A stretch of 64,000 bases of DNA from Octopus vulgaris (lineage: Eukaryota): the NCBI GenBank assembly GCA_951406725.2, contig OX597814.1, forward strand, positions 161,944,001 to 162,008,000. Reading direction: 5' to 3'. Positions 1 to 14,009 of the stretch are shown here, one piece after another (the first letter of the stretch is position 1; each line of letters opens with the position of its first letter). A program made the position numbers and the translations under genes. The notes under the pieces are model-generated. The model saw only the letters and a list, made by a program, of their open reading frames with translations. It ran no database searches and had not been told where the DNA came from.

Positions 1-1146
1 TTCAACATAGATCCCTTTTTCCATCAGTGAGGCAGTGCTTGGTGACCATTGGTGAAGAAGCTTTCATCCCGTTAATCAAACAGAGTCATCAATAGTAGAT
101 ATGGTGTCATCATCACAGCAATATTGGTTCTCAGCCAAGAGTTTTTCATAGTCAGATGGAGCCAAATCAGAAGAATAGGGAAGATGGTCAACTAGTTCAA
201 AGCCACATTCATAAACAGCAGCCATTGAAACCAAGAACTTGTATGCTGGAACATTGTCCTCATGAAGCTTGACCCATTTCATTAGTTTGTTTGGATGTTT
301 GATTTTGATAACCTTTCTAACTCCTTCTGCAAATTGGCACAGTACTCTCCATTGATGGTGTAGTCCTTTTGAAGATAGTCAACAAGCACAATACCTTTTG
401 AATAACCCCCAAAATTGAGCCCATTACCTTCCCTGTTGATATAACAACCTTGACCTTCTTTAGAGCAGGTAAGAAGGGGTGTTTTCACTGCATGAATTGT
501 CTTTTTGTTTCTATCTTAAAGTGATGAAGCCAACACTCATCCAGAGTTAGGAAACGTTCAAGGAAACCAGCTGGATCTGCTTCAAACAATCTCAGATTTT
601 GCCATGATGTGGTCATCCTGGTGCACTTTTGCTCACATGTCAGAAGACGTGGCAGCTACTGAGCAGAAATTTTTGTCATGCCAAGTTCATTGTACAGAAT
701 ATTCTTAACTTCTGTATGGGATATGCTAATAACATTGGCTATTTGATTTATAGTCAATCACCTGTCACCCATTATCATGTGGTGAACACGATTAACATTT
801 TCATTAGTGGTGAGAGTTACAAGACATCCAGACATGGGATCATCTTCAACACTCCTAAATTCAGCTGCCCACTTTTGCACTGTTGATAAAATCAGAGTAT
901 CATCTAATGTAGCAATTAAGTCAGCATGAACATCCTTGATGGTAAAACCGTTTTTCTGCAGGTAGTTGATAACACCACAATGCAAATTTTTGTCCATTTT
1001 CAAGAGAAGTTGCTACTACTTACATATTGAGGTGTTTTTTGAACAACCAGATGTCAGTTTACTTGGAAAGAAACAATGTAGTTATTAATCAGGAGAGTTG
1101 AAATTAGTGCATGGAAGATTTCACAGTTTGGCATTACTCCTTTATA
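1..1146 (-). mobile_element. Degenerate mariner (Tc1/mariner) DNA transposon, family A, truncated by window edge
   Basis: Minus-strand ORF fragments MDKNLHCGVINYLQKNG..STVQKWAAEFR, KGIVLVDYLQKDYTINGEYCANL and LHEDNVPAYK..HLPYSSDLAPSDY (mariner YSPDLAPSDY motif). Contains frameshifts and stops; homologous to 12794-14004. Confidence 0.9.
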
Positions 1147-1690
1147 CACACCCAAGCACACATGTACATATGCACCAATGAACTGATGCCGTCAGTTCAT
1201 ACATGAACACAAACACACACACACACACACGCACACACACATGCACATGTACACACATGAGATACACACACCTGTGCACTCATGCAGCTGGTATACCCCC
1301 ACATGCACAAATGGTGTCACTAGCAATTCACACTCCACTTCCTAGACAGCAAGGTGCCACCAACATCCTGTTCAACCACATGGTCCTAGAAATACAGATA
1401 GGGATTTCTATCTGATGTCACGATTATATCAATACCAAGATCAAAACAACACCATTAAGCCTGCCTCCACCAATAACTATCCAGTCTCTAGTAACCATGC
1501 TGAAATTCCTCCATTCAGTCACCTAAGCCTGAAGAGTTAGGTTCATTGTACAAGTTCACAAAACGTGAAGTTGCATTGAGCCAAATCAAACTGTTATCAA
1601 ATAATATAAATATTCATATGCACATATGTATGTATATACATATACATGTATATACATACATATGCACATATATATGTGTATAGCCATGTA

Positions 1691-2013
1691 CATCTTCTCC
1701 TTGACTTACAACTGAGTTCCATTCTGACTGACAGGTTGTAAATCAATCTGGTCATATGTTAGATTTATATTTTGAAACACTATTTTCATTCAAATGCAAC
1801 TGATACTTGAAAGCAACTGAGTGAGAGACAGTGGCAGGCAGTGGATGCCTGGGTTTGAGGGGGTGCCTGTGTTGCTTGATTCTGCCATAGTTAGCATATG
1901 CGCAGCTGCCCAACGTCCAAAAATCGATTTTTTAATTTATTTTCTTATTTTCTTGTGGCTGTAAGTGGATGGATGGTCATAAGTCATATAGGTCGTAAGT
2001 CAAGGAGAGGGTG
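1691..2013. mobile_element. Tc1/mariner-superfamily (pogo/Tigger-like) MITE
   Basis: Imperfect TIRs CATCTTCTCCTTGACTTACAAC ... GTCGTAAGTCAAGGAGAGGGTG, flanked by TA on both sides; no coding capacity. Confidence 0.7.
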
Positions 2014-2309
2014 TATAGGTATATGAGTGTATGTGTATGTGCATGTGTATGTATGTGTATGTATGTGTAAGAAAAGACTAATAATAAGAATAAGTAAATG
2101 AATGAATAAAATATAATTAGTGGAATCTGAGCTGAGATCTAAATAGGTGTGGAAGAAAAATGCCTCAGTAAAAATGTGCTGATAAGGGAAGAGAAAGAGG
2201 AGTGACAATGATATAAAGGAAACTGAATTTAAGGCAGGTTGTCTAATCTAGGAACATGAGAGATGTTTAACTGTCAGTCGAAAATGGGAGAAAACATATT
2301 CACAACATA

Positions 2310-2697
2310 TCTATATATATATAAAACTGTAGTTGTCTATGGCAGGTTTGGTAGCCTTCAACTAACACTATCTCCTCAAAGACCCTGCAGCGCAAGTTGA
2401 CCAAAATTGCGAGTATGATAGAAGAAGGCTTGCTCTTCCTTTCGTAGAAGAAAAAATTCAAATCGGAGCATGTTAATACCAAAAATTATTTACATCAAAA
2501 AGGTGCTTTTTTTCTATGAAAATCCCTATTTTTTACGATTTTTTGATTGCTGTGTCGCCATTTTTCGGTGTATTTCAACCAGAAAAATGTTCACTTAAAG
2601 AGAATAACAAGCTACATAATACAAAATTTTTACTTTTCAAAAATTTTAATTCTAAAGGGTCGAAACAAACCCAAGCAACGCTGGGCGATACTGCTAG
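2310..2697 (+). mobile_element. Non-autonomous Helitron (~388 bp)
   Basis: Starts TC(TATATATATATAAAA) after host A and ends CTAG before host T. GC hairpin CCCAAGC-AAC-GCTGGG (2670-2685) lies just upstream of the CTAG. No TSD; CpGs retained. Confidence 0.8.
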
Positions 2698-3180
2698 TTT
2701 CATGCTAAAGTTTGGTTAAGCATTTGTTATTTATGATTATCTAAAGACATATGGTATCTGAGTGGTAGTCAATGTACACTAAACAAAGAGTGAATATATC
2801 GAAATAAAGTTGGGACAGGGATCATCCTTATTTAACTCAACCATGCTTCTAAGATTTCTATTTTTATGTCCTTACGAGATTCCTTTGCTTATCTTCTCCC
2901 AATGAAAACAAATACCAGAATATTTCTAAACATACGTCCAGATAAAAAAGATTTCATTTTGATAAAATTAAGATAAAAAGATTAATCTTTTTTGTTCATT
3001 GCAGTAAGAATACAATCAGAGATCATTATTTTAGATAGAAAATTTGAAAACTCATACTATTTTTTATTATTTCTTAATCTATGCATAAAGCAAAAAAAGA
3101 ATATAGAAAGTGTAGTCACAACTTATCATATAAGACAACAATAATAGTTATTGGAAACAGTTCTCTTTTAACTCATTTAA

Positions 3181-3374
3181 CCCTTTCGTTACTGTATTTA
3201 TTTTGAGATGCTCTGTGTTTCTTTCAATTACTTTAGATATAACAAAAAATTTAGTAAAATAACTTAGTTATCATTCAGCTAGTGTTAGGAACATAAATTA
3301 TGACTAAGGTTTGGTGGAAGATTTTAATTCAAAGCTTATGAAAACAAGACATTTGTATTCAGAGCCAGAGCTGG
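3181..3374. mobile_element. TTAA-flanked (piggyBac-type) MITE, right end degenerate
   Basis: TTAA|CCCTTTCG...GG|TTAA boundaries. Confidence 0.45.
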
Positions 3375-3401
3375 TTAAACCAAAGTAGAACTTGTCAAAT
3401 A

Positions 3402-4076
3402 CTAGTTTCAGATTTTGGCACAAGGCCTGCAGTTTTGAGGGAGGTGGGTAAGTTGATTGCATCAACCTCAGTGTTCAATTGGTACTTATTTTATCAACCC
3501 TGAAAGAATGAAAGGCAAAGTGAACTTTAGCAGAATTTGAACTCAGAGTATAAAGATGGGCAAAATGCTGCTAAACTCCCAGCATGCTAACAATTCTGCT
3601 AGCTCACTACCTTAAACTCATCAAATAATGGTTTCAAATTTTGGCACCAGGCCACCAAGTTTGGGGGAGGGATTGAGTCAGTTACATTGACCCCAGTGTT
3701 CAACTAGTTCTTATTTTATTGACTCCAAAAGGATGAAAGGCAAAGTCAACCTTGGCAGAATTTGAACTCAGAATGTAAAGATGAATGAAATGCCACAAAG
3801 CATTTTGCCCAGTGTGCTAATGATTCTGCTAGCTCACCACTTTAAACTTGTCAAATATTCTTTTCTACTCTAGACCCAAGGCCCGAAATTTTGGGGGAAG
3901 GGGCCAGTCGATTAGATTGACCCTAGTACGCAACTGGCACTTAATTTATCGACCCCCAAAAAGATGAAAGGCAAAGTCAACCTCAGCAGAATTTGAACTC
4001 AGAATATAAAGACAGACGAAATACCACTAAGCATTTCATCCACCATGCTAATGTTTCTGCCAGCTTGTCACCTTAA
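3402..4076 (-). mobile_element. Three head-to-tail tRNA-derived SINEs (family 1, Meta/MESC-like central domain)
   Basis: Three copies (~3402-3614, 3628-3844, 3858-4076) of the reverse complement of AAGG..GAGCTGGCAGAA..GAGTTCAAATTC..CTTTGCCTTTCATCC..GTCGATAAA..GTACCAG, separated by a repeated AACTTGTCAAATA target sequence. Confidence 0.85.
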
Positions 4077-5734
4077 AACTTGTCAAATGTTAAAAGCAAA
4101 ATAAGCAGGAAGAATCCAAATAAATATTAGAATGATCTCTTGAGATGCATAAAACTATTAAGGATGAATTTACAGTAGTTGACAAGCTAATAGAAAACAA
4201 GTTGATACCATCATCTATTATGTGAAATCAAGGAAATTTCAATTCTAGACATATTTAGAATATGATAGATGTAGATGTCATTGCATTACTAACTCTTTAC
4301 AAAATACATCAAGATTATTGGTGACTATAATTCAGAAGTATGGTAGTAGCTTAATTTTATAAAAGTTGTTTGTCTAATATTTTTAAATGAAGTGTTGGTT
4401 CCATAAGAGCAGACTATTAATAAATAATCTTGTTATTCAATATTGATACATGATATCACAAATTATGATTTTGATTTGTTTCACAGATAAAATTCATTAA
4501 AAAGAAAAATTATACAGGTCACTAGTGGAAGATTTTGAATTATAAGAAATTTGGTTGACAGCAGTTAAAATAAACATAGCTAACATGGCTGTTTGTCATG
4601 GAAAATAAATAATTATTACATGATTTTTTTTTTTTTTAAATCAGTATTCCCTGTTGAAAATATATTGATATGTCATTATATGGAGAGAACATTTTTCTCG
4701 TGATGTGAAAAAGTCATTTGTAAAATTAATATCTTTTCTTTTTATTGATTGAAACATTCTTTTCAGTCAAAATTAGGAGATTCTTATTCAATAAAATGTC
4801 TCATTTAAACTAATTTATATGAAATAAACCTACCCATTTGACATACTTCTCTTCACCAAATGGATCACAAAAATGTAAAAGGAAGCTGAAATTCATTTGT
4901 TTTGTCCTCAGGAGAGGATCTTTCATATTTTAATGTTATGAACTGCATATTGGATTAAAGAGAGCAGATACAATTTCAATAACATTTGGCTTAAGACATA
5001 GGAGTAGCCACTAAGAATTATAGAAAATGGTTTATTCAATTACTAATGACTAGCTTCAGTTAGCTTCAATCACATACTTATTGTTTCCTTTCACTTTGCC
5101 CATATATCAGCCAATAAAACATAATTAGAATAATGAATATTTAATAACAATTCCATTTTTGAAATCCAGCCAAAATGACTGACTAAATTATCACCAAAGA
5201 CCACTTTGGGATTACTTTAAAGATTACTGTAATAAAAAATACTATTAACAATAATTACTATTTTCAATAAAGTACTGCAGTTTCTACTGTTGCAGTACAA
5301 ACAACAACAAAAACAACAACAACAGGAGCAATAATAACAGTTTAACAGTGCTTTGTGAGCTGATGCCAAATATACAATACAAATTTAACCATATCAAAGT
5401 AATTTATTGCTATATTTTTTTGAAAATGAGAAGACAAAATGTTTTGTTATACATAATCTTTAAATGCTTTAAATAATCCTCTAACACACTCATTATATTG
5501 ATGGTATATCTTTAACTTTAGATAATTTGCTGACACATTCATTGGTAACATTTTTGACCCAAGGTTACCATAGAAGATATTTACACAAAGTACTACATGA
5601 TAACATACCAGAATCACATACTTACAAACTTAAATTTTTATCCACAAATTTGTTGAATAAAAATTGAAACTTTATTTGATAATTTTCCTTTTCAATGCTT
5701 TCATTTTGTGTTAGAATTTTAAATTGTTTGATTT

Positions 5735-5900
5735 TAGTAGGCTTCATAACCACAGGGCTTTCAGTTCAGTCCCACTGTGGGGCACCTTGAATAAGTGTCT
5801 TCTGTTATAGCCTCAGGACAACTGAAGCCTTGTGGTTGAATTTGGTAGGCAGAAGTTTCTATTGTGTGTGTACATGTGTGTGTGTAAGTGCTTGTGCCTC
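5735..5900 (+). mobile_element. Degenerate SINE family 2 (CORE-like) fragment
   Basis: GTTCAGTCCCACTG..GGCACCTTG..AAGTGTCTTCT..ATAGCCTCAGG..GCCTTGTG..TTTGGTAG matches the copies at 21249 and 48253. Confidence 0.65.
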
Positions 5901-7404
5901 CAAAGAGAGTGGAGGGTTATTTGGGGTCCAAGGTATCACTTAACCATAATATTGATAACTGTCACAATGGCAGGCTTTAAAAAAATAATTATCTGACTCA
6001 TCAAATCTCAAAATGGAGGTAAACTTTTGAATCAAATATCTATCATTAAACTTGTCAAATGTTTAAAAAAGAAATTTCTTGCACAAAACTGTTTCAAGAA
6101 ATTGATTTAATAATTAATTTTGACAAGACTATAACACAACATTGTAAAATGTTTATTTCATATTCAGAAAAAAAAATTCGCATGAAGCTAGGCAGACATG
6201 TCACTCTAGTTGAATTTATCAATTTTACTGAAATATAATGATTTTTTTTTTATTCTGGCTTCAAAGAAAAAAACCTGAAGAAAATATATTTTTGATAGTC
6301 ATTCTAATTTTTCATCACTTTCAATAATAATTTGTAACAATTTCACATTTTCAACAAAAACACTTATTAAAAACAGGAATAAAAAATATGAAGTCAACAA
6401 ATTATCTCAAAAATTATTATGATCATGGTTATTATCATGAGATTGACAACTGTCATAATTCTGGACAGAGCTGCAGAATGGTATGTCAATATTGCTCTTG
6501 ATCCTGTATTATCTAATCTATGATACTACTTTAAAATTACTGTATTGTTATCTATATCGTATTATGTCTTCTTTTTTTTTTTTCTATCTGAGATATTTTC
6601 ACCATCAGAATACAAATTTTTTCACCCATCATTCAAACCACATGTCCATAACAGTACATCTACTTTCCCTGCACACACAAGCTGATATGTTTAATGGTGA
6701 GTCATTTCTATTGATTTGCACTTCACCTTTCATGTGAGTTGATGTTAAACATCTAAATATCAACTCATTTCTCTCCAATCTTTGCTGATTTTCAACATTC
6801 AACATTCATATGTCACTACTAGACAGCCTACATGTTTCATATCTGTACTTTATACAGTGAAAGAGGGCCCCTTATTTTAAACAGAAACAACAATAAAGTA
6901 TCGTTTTGACTGAGTTTTAGAAATGGTTCCTTAACCATTTAATCTGAACTTCCACATCATCTTACATTTGAAGATATTCCCTTGCTTTTTTGGAGAATAT
7001 TCCTTGTTTTATTTCACTAAGATACAAAAGTAGGGGGATTGATCAGCTTTCAATAAATGTTGACATTGTGTATTCTCCTCCTCCTCTTCATCATCATCAT
7101 CATCATTTTAGCATCCACTTTTATATGCTTGCATGGGTTGGATGGAGTTTATTGAAGATTTTCTATGGTTAGTTGCTCTTCCTGTCACCAAACTTCACTA
7201 TATACAAACATACATACATTTATATAAATATATATGTGTGTGTGTGTGTATGAATTTCTAGGATTCAGGAGAATTAGGTACTTAAATAGCAAAGCACTTA
7301 GGTCAGATCGGTGACAGTACTATTGTGTACACATCTGACTGAAACAGCTGTAGTGAACCCCAATCCATCTGTTGTTATATATATATTATATATATATATA
7401 TATA

Positions 7405-7941
7405 TCATCATCATCATCGTTTAATATCTGCTTTCCATGCTAGCATGGCTTGGATGGTTTGACTGAGTACTGACAAGCCAGTAGGCTGCACCAGGCTCCA
7501 ATCTGATCTGGTAAGGTTTGTACAGCTAGATGCACTTCCTAGTGCCAACCAGTCAGAGAGTTTAGTAGGTGCTTTTTACATGCCACCAGCACAGGGGCCA
7601 GTCAGTGGCACTGGCATTGACAACACTTGAATGGTGCTTTTTATGTGCCACCAGCTCTGGCGCTGACCACACTCAAATGGTGCTTTTTATGTGTCACCAG
7701 CACGTGTGCCAGTCATGTGGCACTGGCATTGGCCATGACTATGATTTCACTTGACTCAACAGGTTTTCTCAAGCACAGCATATTGGCTGATGATTAAAGG
7801 GTACTTTTACATGGGCTGGTTATGCGACACTGGCATCAGCCATGGCTACGATCTCACTTGGTTTGCCGGGTTTTCTCAAGCACAGTCACTAGTCATTGCC
7901 TCAGTGAGGCCTAACATTCAAAGGTCATGCTTCACCACCTC
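7405..7941 (-). mobile_element. 3' end of RTE-clade LINE (RT C-terminus, 3'UTR, (GAT)n tail)
   Basis: (CAT)n-CGTTTAA..TTTCCATGCTAGCATGG..GG end, internal GTGCTTTTTA(C/T)RTG(C/T)CACCAGC repeats; the minus strand at the other end reads EVVKHDL (RTE C-terminal motif). Confidence 0.75.
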
Positions 7942-7962
7942 AATATATATATATATATATAT

Positions 7963-8611
7963 GTAAATCAAAGGAAAAAAACAACAAAAAGAAATCGTCA
8001 AAGCACAATGAACAGGAAAAGGATGATAGCACAACAATGGCAGACAAGACAAAACAAGATACACGGAATATTCAAAGCCAATTGCTTCTTCAGTCGGAGT
8101 CTGGAATGTCTACATAGTTTTGCCCAATCCTCTCTGATACTACTCGAAACCAGTTGGGCCAAGGACTTCAGTTGAAGGCATTAAGCCCCTGAGCAAGGCA
8201 AATGAATGTACATATACAAACACAAGGAAATAACAAACAGAAAGTGTCTTTTGACTATCAGATGAATGTAACATAAGAAATAGAATTACACACATACATA
8301 TAGAATGGACAAAAGCCTTTCGGCTATACAACAAAACAAAACAAATAGAGTCTTTCTACTATCAGACAGTGTAGTAAGCTAGCGCAAGGAAAAAGGAAAT
8401 GGAAAAATCTTAACTGACTGGGTGGCAAGACAGAACAGAACAGATGTGAATGACCTCAAAGACAGTCAGCCCAAAAAGGATGACAATGCATACACCAGAC
8501 AGTGATCACATGGTAGAGGAAAGGAGTTGAAGAAGGCAGAGGGACTAAGGAATAGGAGAGTGGGGAAGAAATCAGAGGGATGGAGGAATGATGGGGAGAG
8601 AGGGAGAGAAA

Positions 8612-8614
<3 letters not shown>
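7963..8614. mobile_element. Purine-rich insertion bounded by (TA)n on both sides; possible Penelope-like pLTR remnant
   Basis: Distinct ~650-bp segment between two TA tracts with strong strand asymmetry; contains CGAAACCAGTT, resembling a CpG-decayed hammerhead 3' half. Confidence 0.35.
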
Positions 8615-8658
<44 letters not shown>

Positions 8659-8889
8659 GACGGTTTGCCAAAATTCAAACAACAGTAAATCAAAATTCCA
8701 TAAATAATATCTGTAATTCTGTATTGACTTGAATGGGAAAATGTGTCACTCAAGAAGGACTTCAGTTTGAACAATTTCCTTGATGTTTCATATTTAGATG
8801 CTTTTATTTAATTCATTCAGCTGTTAAGCATAAATAAATCTTGGATTTAAATGGTTTTGATTTACTGTCAGGTGACTTTTAGCCAACCC

Positions 8890-9310
8890 TATCATCAATT
8901 ATTGTCTGCCTTCCATGCTGGCATGGGCTGAACGGTTTGACAGGAGCCAGCCAGGTAGAAGTTTACTCTAGGTTTTTATGACTGGATGCCTTCCCTAACA
9001 CCAACCACCCCCACAGAGTGGACTGAGTGCTTTTTACGTGGCACCAGCACAAGCAAGATCAGTTTTGGCTTGGTTTTACAGCTGAATGCCCTACCAACTG
9101 CCAACCACTTCACAGTGTGAACTAGATGCTTTTTACATGGCACCAATACCGACTGGGTCACCAAATAACTTGCAAGACAAGGAATTTTGAGAAGGTAGAG
9201 GGCACTGGAGGAGGTGACCTTGTGTCAGATGAGGAAAGGTTAGAATGTGACAGAGAGGCAGAAAGAGGTGTCTTGCTATAGGGAAGGTACATGTTTACTC
9301 ACCCAGAGAG
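8890..9310 (-). mobile_element. RTE LINE 3'UTR fragment
   Basis: TTCCATGCTGGCATGGG..GGTTTGACAGG..GGATGCC..CCAACCAC..GTGCTTTTTACGTGGCACC shared with other copies. Confidence 0.65.
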
Positions 9311-9317
9311 TGAGATT

Positions 9318-9364
<47 letters not shown>

Positions 9365-9559
9365 AGTATCTTCCTGGCAGACCGCACACACATTCTTTTC
9401 TGAGCAAAGATTGTATTTCAAGGTAGGCCTTTCTCTTCAGAGCTTCTAAAAGCAACTAACTTTTACAAAGCTGAAGAGCCACAATGGCGTTCTGATACCA
9501 CATCTAGGATAACACTGCTGCTTCACGTATAGATGATCAAGCAGCCAATGAAATAATTA

Positions 9560-9740
9560 CAAAAGCACCCACCACACGCTGTAAAAGGGAAGGGCATAGA
9601 AACGAAACCAAATCGGACAGGAACCTGGTATAGCTCTCTGCCTTGCCACTCTGGTCAAACTGTCCAACCCATGCCAGCATGGAAAGCAGACGTTAAAGGA
9701 TGATGATGATGATGATGATGATGACGATGATGATGATGAC

Positions 9741-9801
<61 letters not shown>

Positions 9802-9875
9802 GTGATGGTGATGATGGTGGTGGTGGTGGTGGTGGTGATGATGATGATGTAATGATGATGATGTAATGATGATGA
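9560..9875 (+). mobile_element. RTE LINE 3' end with expanded (GAT)n/(GGT)n tail
   Basis: CCAACCCATGCCAGCATGGAAAGCAGACGTTAAAG followed by ~170 bp of GAT/GGT repeats; source of the poly-His and poly-Ile ORFs. Confidence 0.7.
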
Positions 9876-10384
9876 AGTGGGTACTGGAGTTGATATGATC
9901 AACTCTAGTCCTATGAAAGCAGTGCTCTGACATGGCAACAGTTGAATGATTAGAATGAGTAAAAGACTAGTAAAATGAATGAGGAGAATACCTAATGCTT
10001 GTATTATCTTTCAGACTGCATTTATAAATTTAAAACAAAACATATTTGAAATTTTCACAAATATAGATTACCATTGCTGTTCACTAACTAAATGTTTTTG
10101 AATGGTAGTATCAGTAACACTTCTCATTTTCCTGTACACATATGCCATTTGTGCTTCACTGCTCACCATCTTCATGATAAGGAGCTCACAAAAAGTAAAA
10201 ATCATGATCTGATAAAATAAATGTACATAGCTTCCACCAAGTGCTATCAGATTATTCATTATAACTTTGAGAATAACAAACATTTAAATATATCCCATTT
10301 TCAAAGAAAAAAAAACATTTTTAGATATAAAACAAAAGGAAACCAAAAACACAAACTCACTTACATAACTTTTGAACAATTATG

Positions 10385-10954
<570 letters not shown>

Positions 10955-11344
10955 ATTGTACTAATGCTGCTCCATATTTCTCCAGCACATACAGCAGAGA
11001 GTGCTGATACTATCTACTAAATAAAATTCAATTTTTTAATATTATTTCCATCTTTCAAAACAGGGGGTTTCTATGTGTGTTTTGGATGTTTTTGAATGGC
11101 GCATTTCTAATTACTGAAACAGATTTTATAAAAATTGATATATAGATTAATTTACAAATGCTATTAATCAATGCTTTATTTTGCTTGTTTCTGACTTTAA
11201 TTAATTTAAGCAGGAACTTCATATTCCTTTTATCCACATGTATAAACATGCTTTTAATTTTGTTTCATCTTTAAATGGATTTTTCAGCCACCAGCAAGCA
11301 CCCTTTTACAGTTATGTATTATTGTTATTGAAACAGATATTGTA

Positions 11345-11393
11345 TACATACATACATACATACATACATACATACATACATACATACATACAT

Positions 11394-11432
<39 letters not shown>

Positions 11433-11480
11433 CACGTACATGCATGTGTATATATACACATGCATACATGCATACATACA
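11345..11480. repeat. (CATA)n/(CA)n microsatellite
   Basis: Read directly. Confidence 0.95.
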
Positions 11481-12793
11481 TGCATAAAAGCCAATGAGGG
11501 GCCTTCATTTAGTCGCTCGCCATGCTAGAAATAGCAGCCAAATCTGCTGAACTATATCCTCTCACATAAAAAAAAAATACAAGATATATTGGATGATGTG
11601 ATTCTGTGATACTTTATATATGAAAATATGGGATGACCACAGCTGGGAAGCCTTTGTTCATACAACTATTCAATCAGAGCAGACCAACCAGGGGTTAAAC
11701 AGTAACATGCTTTCATACGTAATCTCTTCACTACTACATACACATGCACACATATGCACACATATACATGCTTACACATATTGATGCACACATATTTATA
11801 CATTTATCCATACAATCATACATACATATATACATACATACATACATACATACATACATACATACATACATACATACATACATCTGTACATATGTATGTA
11901 TGAATGCATGTATGTGTATATTATGTATGTATGTATATATGTATGTATTGTGTTCTCATAAGGCAATCCAGTAATTAGACAAGCCACCCCATTCGTATAC
12001 CCCCCTTTACTAAGATATTTTGCTTTGACCTGCTTTTAAGACAAGGTTAAAAATTTAGAATGTTTAAGTGAACCATAAAAACAATTGATCAGCTAATTAC
12101 CATGTGATCTTGGTCTAAAAATAAATTTTACTAAAACATGCCTCATCTGTTTCACATGCAGAAAGTGTTTCTAGCTAAAAAGAAATTAAACAAAAGGCCT
12201 ATTAATTCATTTTAATTCATATTTTCTGTAATAGAATATAGAAAAAGACTAAAATGAGAAAAAATTGTCTGCATTAAATTTGTACAGTTATAATTGTGGA
12301 TGCAATTTAGAAAATAAGCAGTTATCAGGAGTACCATTATTTCACTGTGACACAGCAAATTTAAAGTGCCAAACAGCTGATGCACTCACTTCATGAACTA
12401 ACATTATGTCTTTATCAAAATTTAGTGGTAGACAAAACTTAAAAGAAACATCTTTACAAATTTAATCTGATGGTAAAATATTTGTTTTATAAGTGGAAAT
12501 TTATAGTATCATGGATAGATAAGGTAACTGTGATTGTCAGGCTATGCAGTAGGATGAATAAGTTGAGGTTAGCTTTCAACAACTTAATTGTGACTTTCAT
12601 CCTTGCTTATCCACAGCACTTAGGTTTGGCCGTTAAAGAGAGACTCTTCCACTGACCACCTCCAAAATAAATATCAGCAACTTCATTATCATAACCATTA
12701 ATTTTAATGGACATTTGGGACAACATTATTGTCCATTTTCTATAGCAGTACATTCTGTGGATGCTGGCATTCATGAAAGCTGCAGCTATGGTA

Positions 12794-14004
12794 CAAGGGT
12801 TGGCTGAAAAGTTCATAGGCTGATTATGAAGGAGTGATGCCACAGCTGTGAAATCTTGCATGTATTGATTTCAACTCTTCTCATTAACAAATACATTTTT
12901 TTTTTGGCTAAATAAACTGACATCTGACTGTTCAAAAAAGACATCAAACCTAATAATTTCTCTTGAAAATGGACAAAATTTAGCATCATGGTATTGTCAA
13001 GTACCTTCAGAAAAAGGTTTTAGTCCCCAAGGATATTCATGTTGATATGGTTGCTACATTAAGGCATGATGCTCTAGCTTTATCAACAGTGCAAAAGTGG
13101 GCAGATAAATTTAAGAGGAGAAGGGAGAGTGTTGAAGACGACCCAAGGTCTAGACATCCTGCAACTCCCACTTCTGAGGAAAACATTGATTGTGTTCATC
13201 ATACGGTGATTGATAACAAGTGATTGACTATAAATCAGATAGCCAATGCTATTAGCATACCCCATGAGAGAGTCAAGAATATTCTGCATAATGAACTTGG
13301 CATTATGAAGGTTTCTACTCAGTAGTTGCCATATCTTCTGACACCTGATCAAAAGCACACCAGGCTGACCATGTCACAGAAAAATCTAACATTCTTTGAG
13401 GCAAATCCAGCTGGTTTCCTAGAATGTTTCTAAACTCAGGATGAATGCTGAGTTCATCATTTTGAGCCAGAGGCAGAGACAATCCATGCAATGGAAACAT
13501 CCCTCCTCACCTGCTCCAAAGAAGGCCAAGGCCATTTCATCTGCAAGGATGGTGATGGCCTGTGTTTTGGGGGATGCAAAAGGCATTGTGCTTATGGACT
13601 ATCTTGAAAAATTGCTAAGGCAGTATGAAAGAGTTCTTGTTGTATGAGGACAATGCTCCAGCACTCAAGTCCTTGGTTTCAATGGCTACTGTGCATGACT
13701 GTGGCTTTGAACTGATTGAACCATCCTTATTATCCTGATTTTATCCCATATGACTATCACCTGCTGCACAAAATGAGAAAACACTTGGCTAAGAACGAGT
13801 ATCACAGTGATAACGACATCATAACTGTTGTTGATGAATTTGTTTGAACAGGATGAAACCTTCACATCAATTGGATTCAAGCACAACACTGACGGAAGAC
13901 GTGTTGGGACTGCAAGGCAGGGACTATGTTGAAAAATAAGCCTCATTTGGTCACATTCCATGGGAATATTTTGGTCAGCCTATGAACTTTTCAGCTGACA
14001 CTCA
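12794..14004 (+). mobile_element. Near full-length degenerate mariner, family A (~1.2 kb)
   Basis: TA|CAAGGGTTGGCTGAAAAGTTCATAGGCTGA ... TCAGCCTATGAACTTTTCAGCTGACACTCA|TA TIRs. Transposase fragments include MDKI.. and QSMQWKHPSSPAPKKAKAISSARMVMACV..DAKGIVLMDYLEK; many stops. Confidence 0.92.
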
Positions 14005-14009
14005 TACCT

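Noticed and set aside
9433-9492. CTGAAGA-GCCA-caa-TGGC hammerhead-like start and a small hairpin
   Set aside because: Followed by GTTC rather than GAAA, with no stem I or stem III.
9655-9938. Poly-His / poly-Ile ORFs, and all YIYI, HTHT, MYVC and CVCV ORFs elsewhere
   Set aside because: They are translations of microsatellites, not genes.
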